From NCBI GenBank assembly GCA_013265495.1, contig MU058217.1, positions 248,001 through 312,000 of the forward strand: a DNA stretch of 64,000 bases, in the 5' to 3' direction. Both the position numbers and the translations under genes were made by a program. Below, piece by piece: positions 62,501-64,000 of this stretch (position 1 is the stretch's first letter; each line of letters begins with the position of its first letter). This DNA is from Vicugna vicugna (taxonomy: Eukaryota). The notes under the pieces were generated by a model, which was not told where the DNA came from, made no database searches, and saw only the letters and a program-made list of their open reading frames with translations.

Positions 62501-64000
62501 CAGGAGGCCTCTGGGCACCTGCTCCAAACCTCGTAAGCAGCACGAGTGACTGTGCTGTTCAATGGCACAAATCCTGCTGTTCGGGTCAAGGTGGAGATTC
62601 TCCCCAGAGATGCTGAAGAGCGTGTATCTCTCAGATCCCTGTCATGACAGACGGTGTCACCAGGAAAAGCACCAGCCGTCCAGAGTTCCTCATCATTTGC
62701 ATTGTTTCCTCTCGAACCTGTCAATTGGCTCTTCTGTCTTAAATCTGTCTGCCAGGTACAACAAGAATAAAAATCTCTTCCCTCCAGGGTCGGTGAAATG
62801 GGGCTCATGCAGGAAGGTATCCAGGGCCCACGGGGAAGCCACTTCCTACACGATCGATTCTTCCCGCCCCTCTGCTGCTTGGCCCCCAGACACTTCACGG
62901 CCATGACATAGCTTCTGAACCAGGAGGGTTCATTCATTCCAGCTCATTCTTGTAACTCATGGTATTGTTTGCAAAACTTTTCCATCCATCCTTGCCCCGG
63001 TGGAGACCCCCATGGTTTCCAGTTTAGCAAGTTTTCCTGCGAGGGTTGACTTCCTGTCTCCTTGCATGGACTACATTGTAATTGTGTTAATCAAAATTCC
63101 TGGTTAACCAGATCATCCCCTTCCTTTTTGGGGTCAGAAAATACAGAGTTTATTGTTCTGTGTTCTCTCCCTATTCAGTCCTGAGAAACAGGCCCAGTGA
63201 GTTGATTGGCCCCCAGGGAGGCACTGGGGGCTTGCAGATGGAGATGCAGAGTGGCTTGGACTGTCTTCCAGGAGCGAGACTTGTCTGCAATGCTCAAAGC
63301 GGTTCAGCCTGCAGGCCCAGGGCTGGCAGCTTGGTGGATACCAGGCACCCCCAGGGCGCTGATGTCCACCTCTCATAGTGGGCACCAGCGGCAGCCACAG
63401 GGCGAGGCTTCCTGTAGCAGCTTCATGGATGGAGGACAGTGACAGAGTCGCATGGGGGGATTGCAGAAGGTAGCTGATGCAGGCAAGGAAGAGCAAGGCA
63501 GATGCACATGGGGAATGGAGCTGGGGAGTCCAAGTGAGCCCCCTCTGGGCACTTGTAGGTGTCATCCGGGGAGGCTTTTCAGCAGCAGGATACAACATCT
63601 GGCATAAGCAAGGGGAAGTGGGGTGGGGGGAGGGGGTCCAAGCCAGAGGGATGTGGATTATTGCTGTGAAGGTGAGCCCAGCCACCCATCCACTCTGGGC
63701 AGCGAGGCCTGAGAATGCCTGGATACCGGGTTTAGAAGAGTTCTGGGACATCTGCATTGAAGTGCGGAGAGCCTGGTTTGAATATTTCCTTTCAAATGGA
63801 CTCCAAGAGGCAGCCCTGCCAACCAGGTGATTTACAGATAGGGGGTGTGAGGATCCCCGTGGAAGGTTCTGGCAAAACCTCTAAGTCAGCCTTGCTTGCT
63901 GAGGAACCCTGCACGCAGAGAAGTGGAAGGGAGAATGGTGTCGCCGTGGCTCTGGGGCTTCTTGCTGGGAAAAGCTGGAGGTGAGCCTTATGGTTAAATC

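Noticed and set aside
63641..63700. Imperfect hairpin (CCAGAG-GGATG ... CATCC-A-CTCTGG), considered as a pre-miRNA
   Set aside because: The stem is short and bulged, the loop is too large, and I recognise no mature miRNA.
1..64000. CRISPR array, operon, phage or other prokaryotic system
   Set aside because: There is no regularly spaced repeat-spacer array and no gene-dense coding sequence. The mammalian repeat landscape is continuous throughout.

Overview
This 64 kb window is GC-rich, repeat-dense mammalian DNA. It is most likely camelid (alpaca/llama/camel), because it holds seven copies of a tRNA-derived SINE that matches my recollection of the camelid Vic-1 family. I found no protein-coding exon, RNA gene, CRISPR array or prokaryote-type system that I can support. 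The ORF track is background noise apart from decayed L1 ORF2 C-terminal remnants. The window consists of L1 3' fragments (several with clean target-site duplications, TSDs), L2 and MIR relics, MaLR/ERVL solo LTRs, hAT and Tigger relics, microsatellites and a few candidate enhancer motif clusters. Four observations stand out. (1) A near-identical ~4.9 kb tandem duplication (1-4570 vs 4862-9465) has an abrupt junction into an L1 3' fragment. (2) A chimeric retroposed unit at 43050-43329 consists of a SINE head, 170 nt of unrelated sequence and a poly(A), all inside one TSD, which suggests SINE 3' transduction or template switching. (3) A perfect 24-bp direct repeat brackets ~1.28 kb at 53945-55273. 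(4) SINEs and L1 fragments are strongly biased to the minus strand. Repeat family names come from recalled consensus sequences, and the boundaries of old repeats are approximate.
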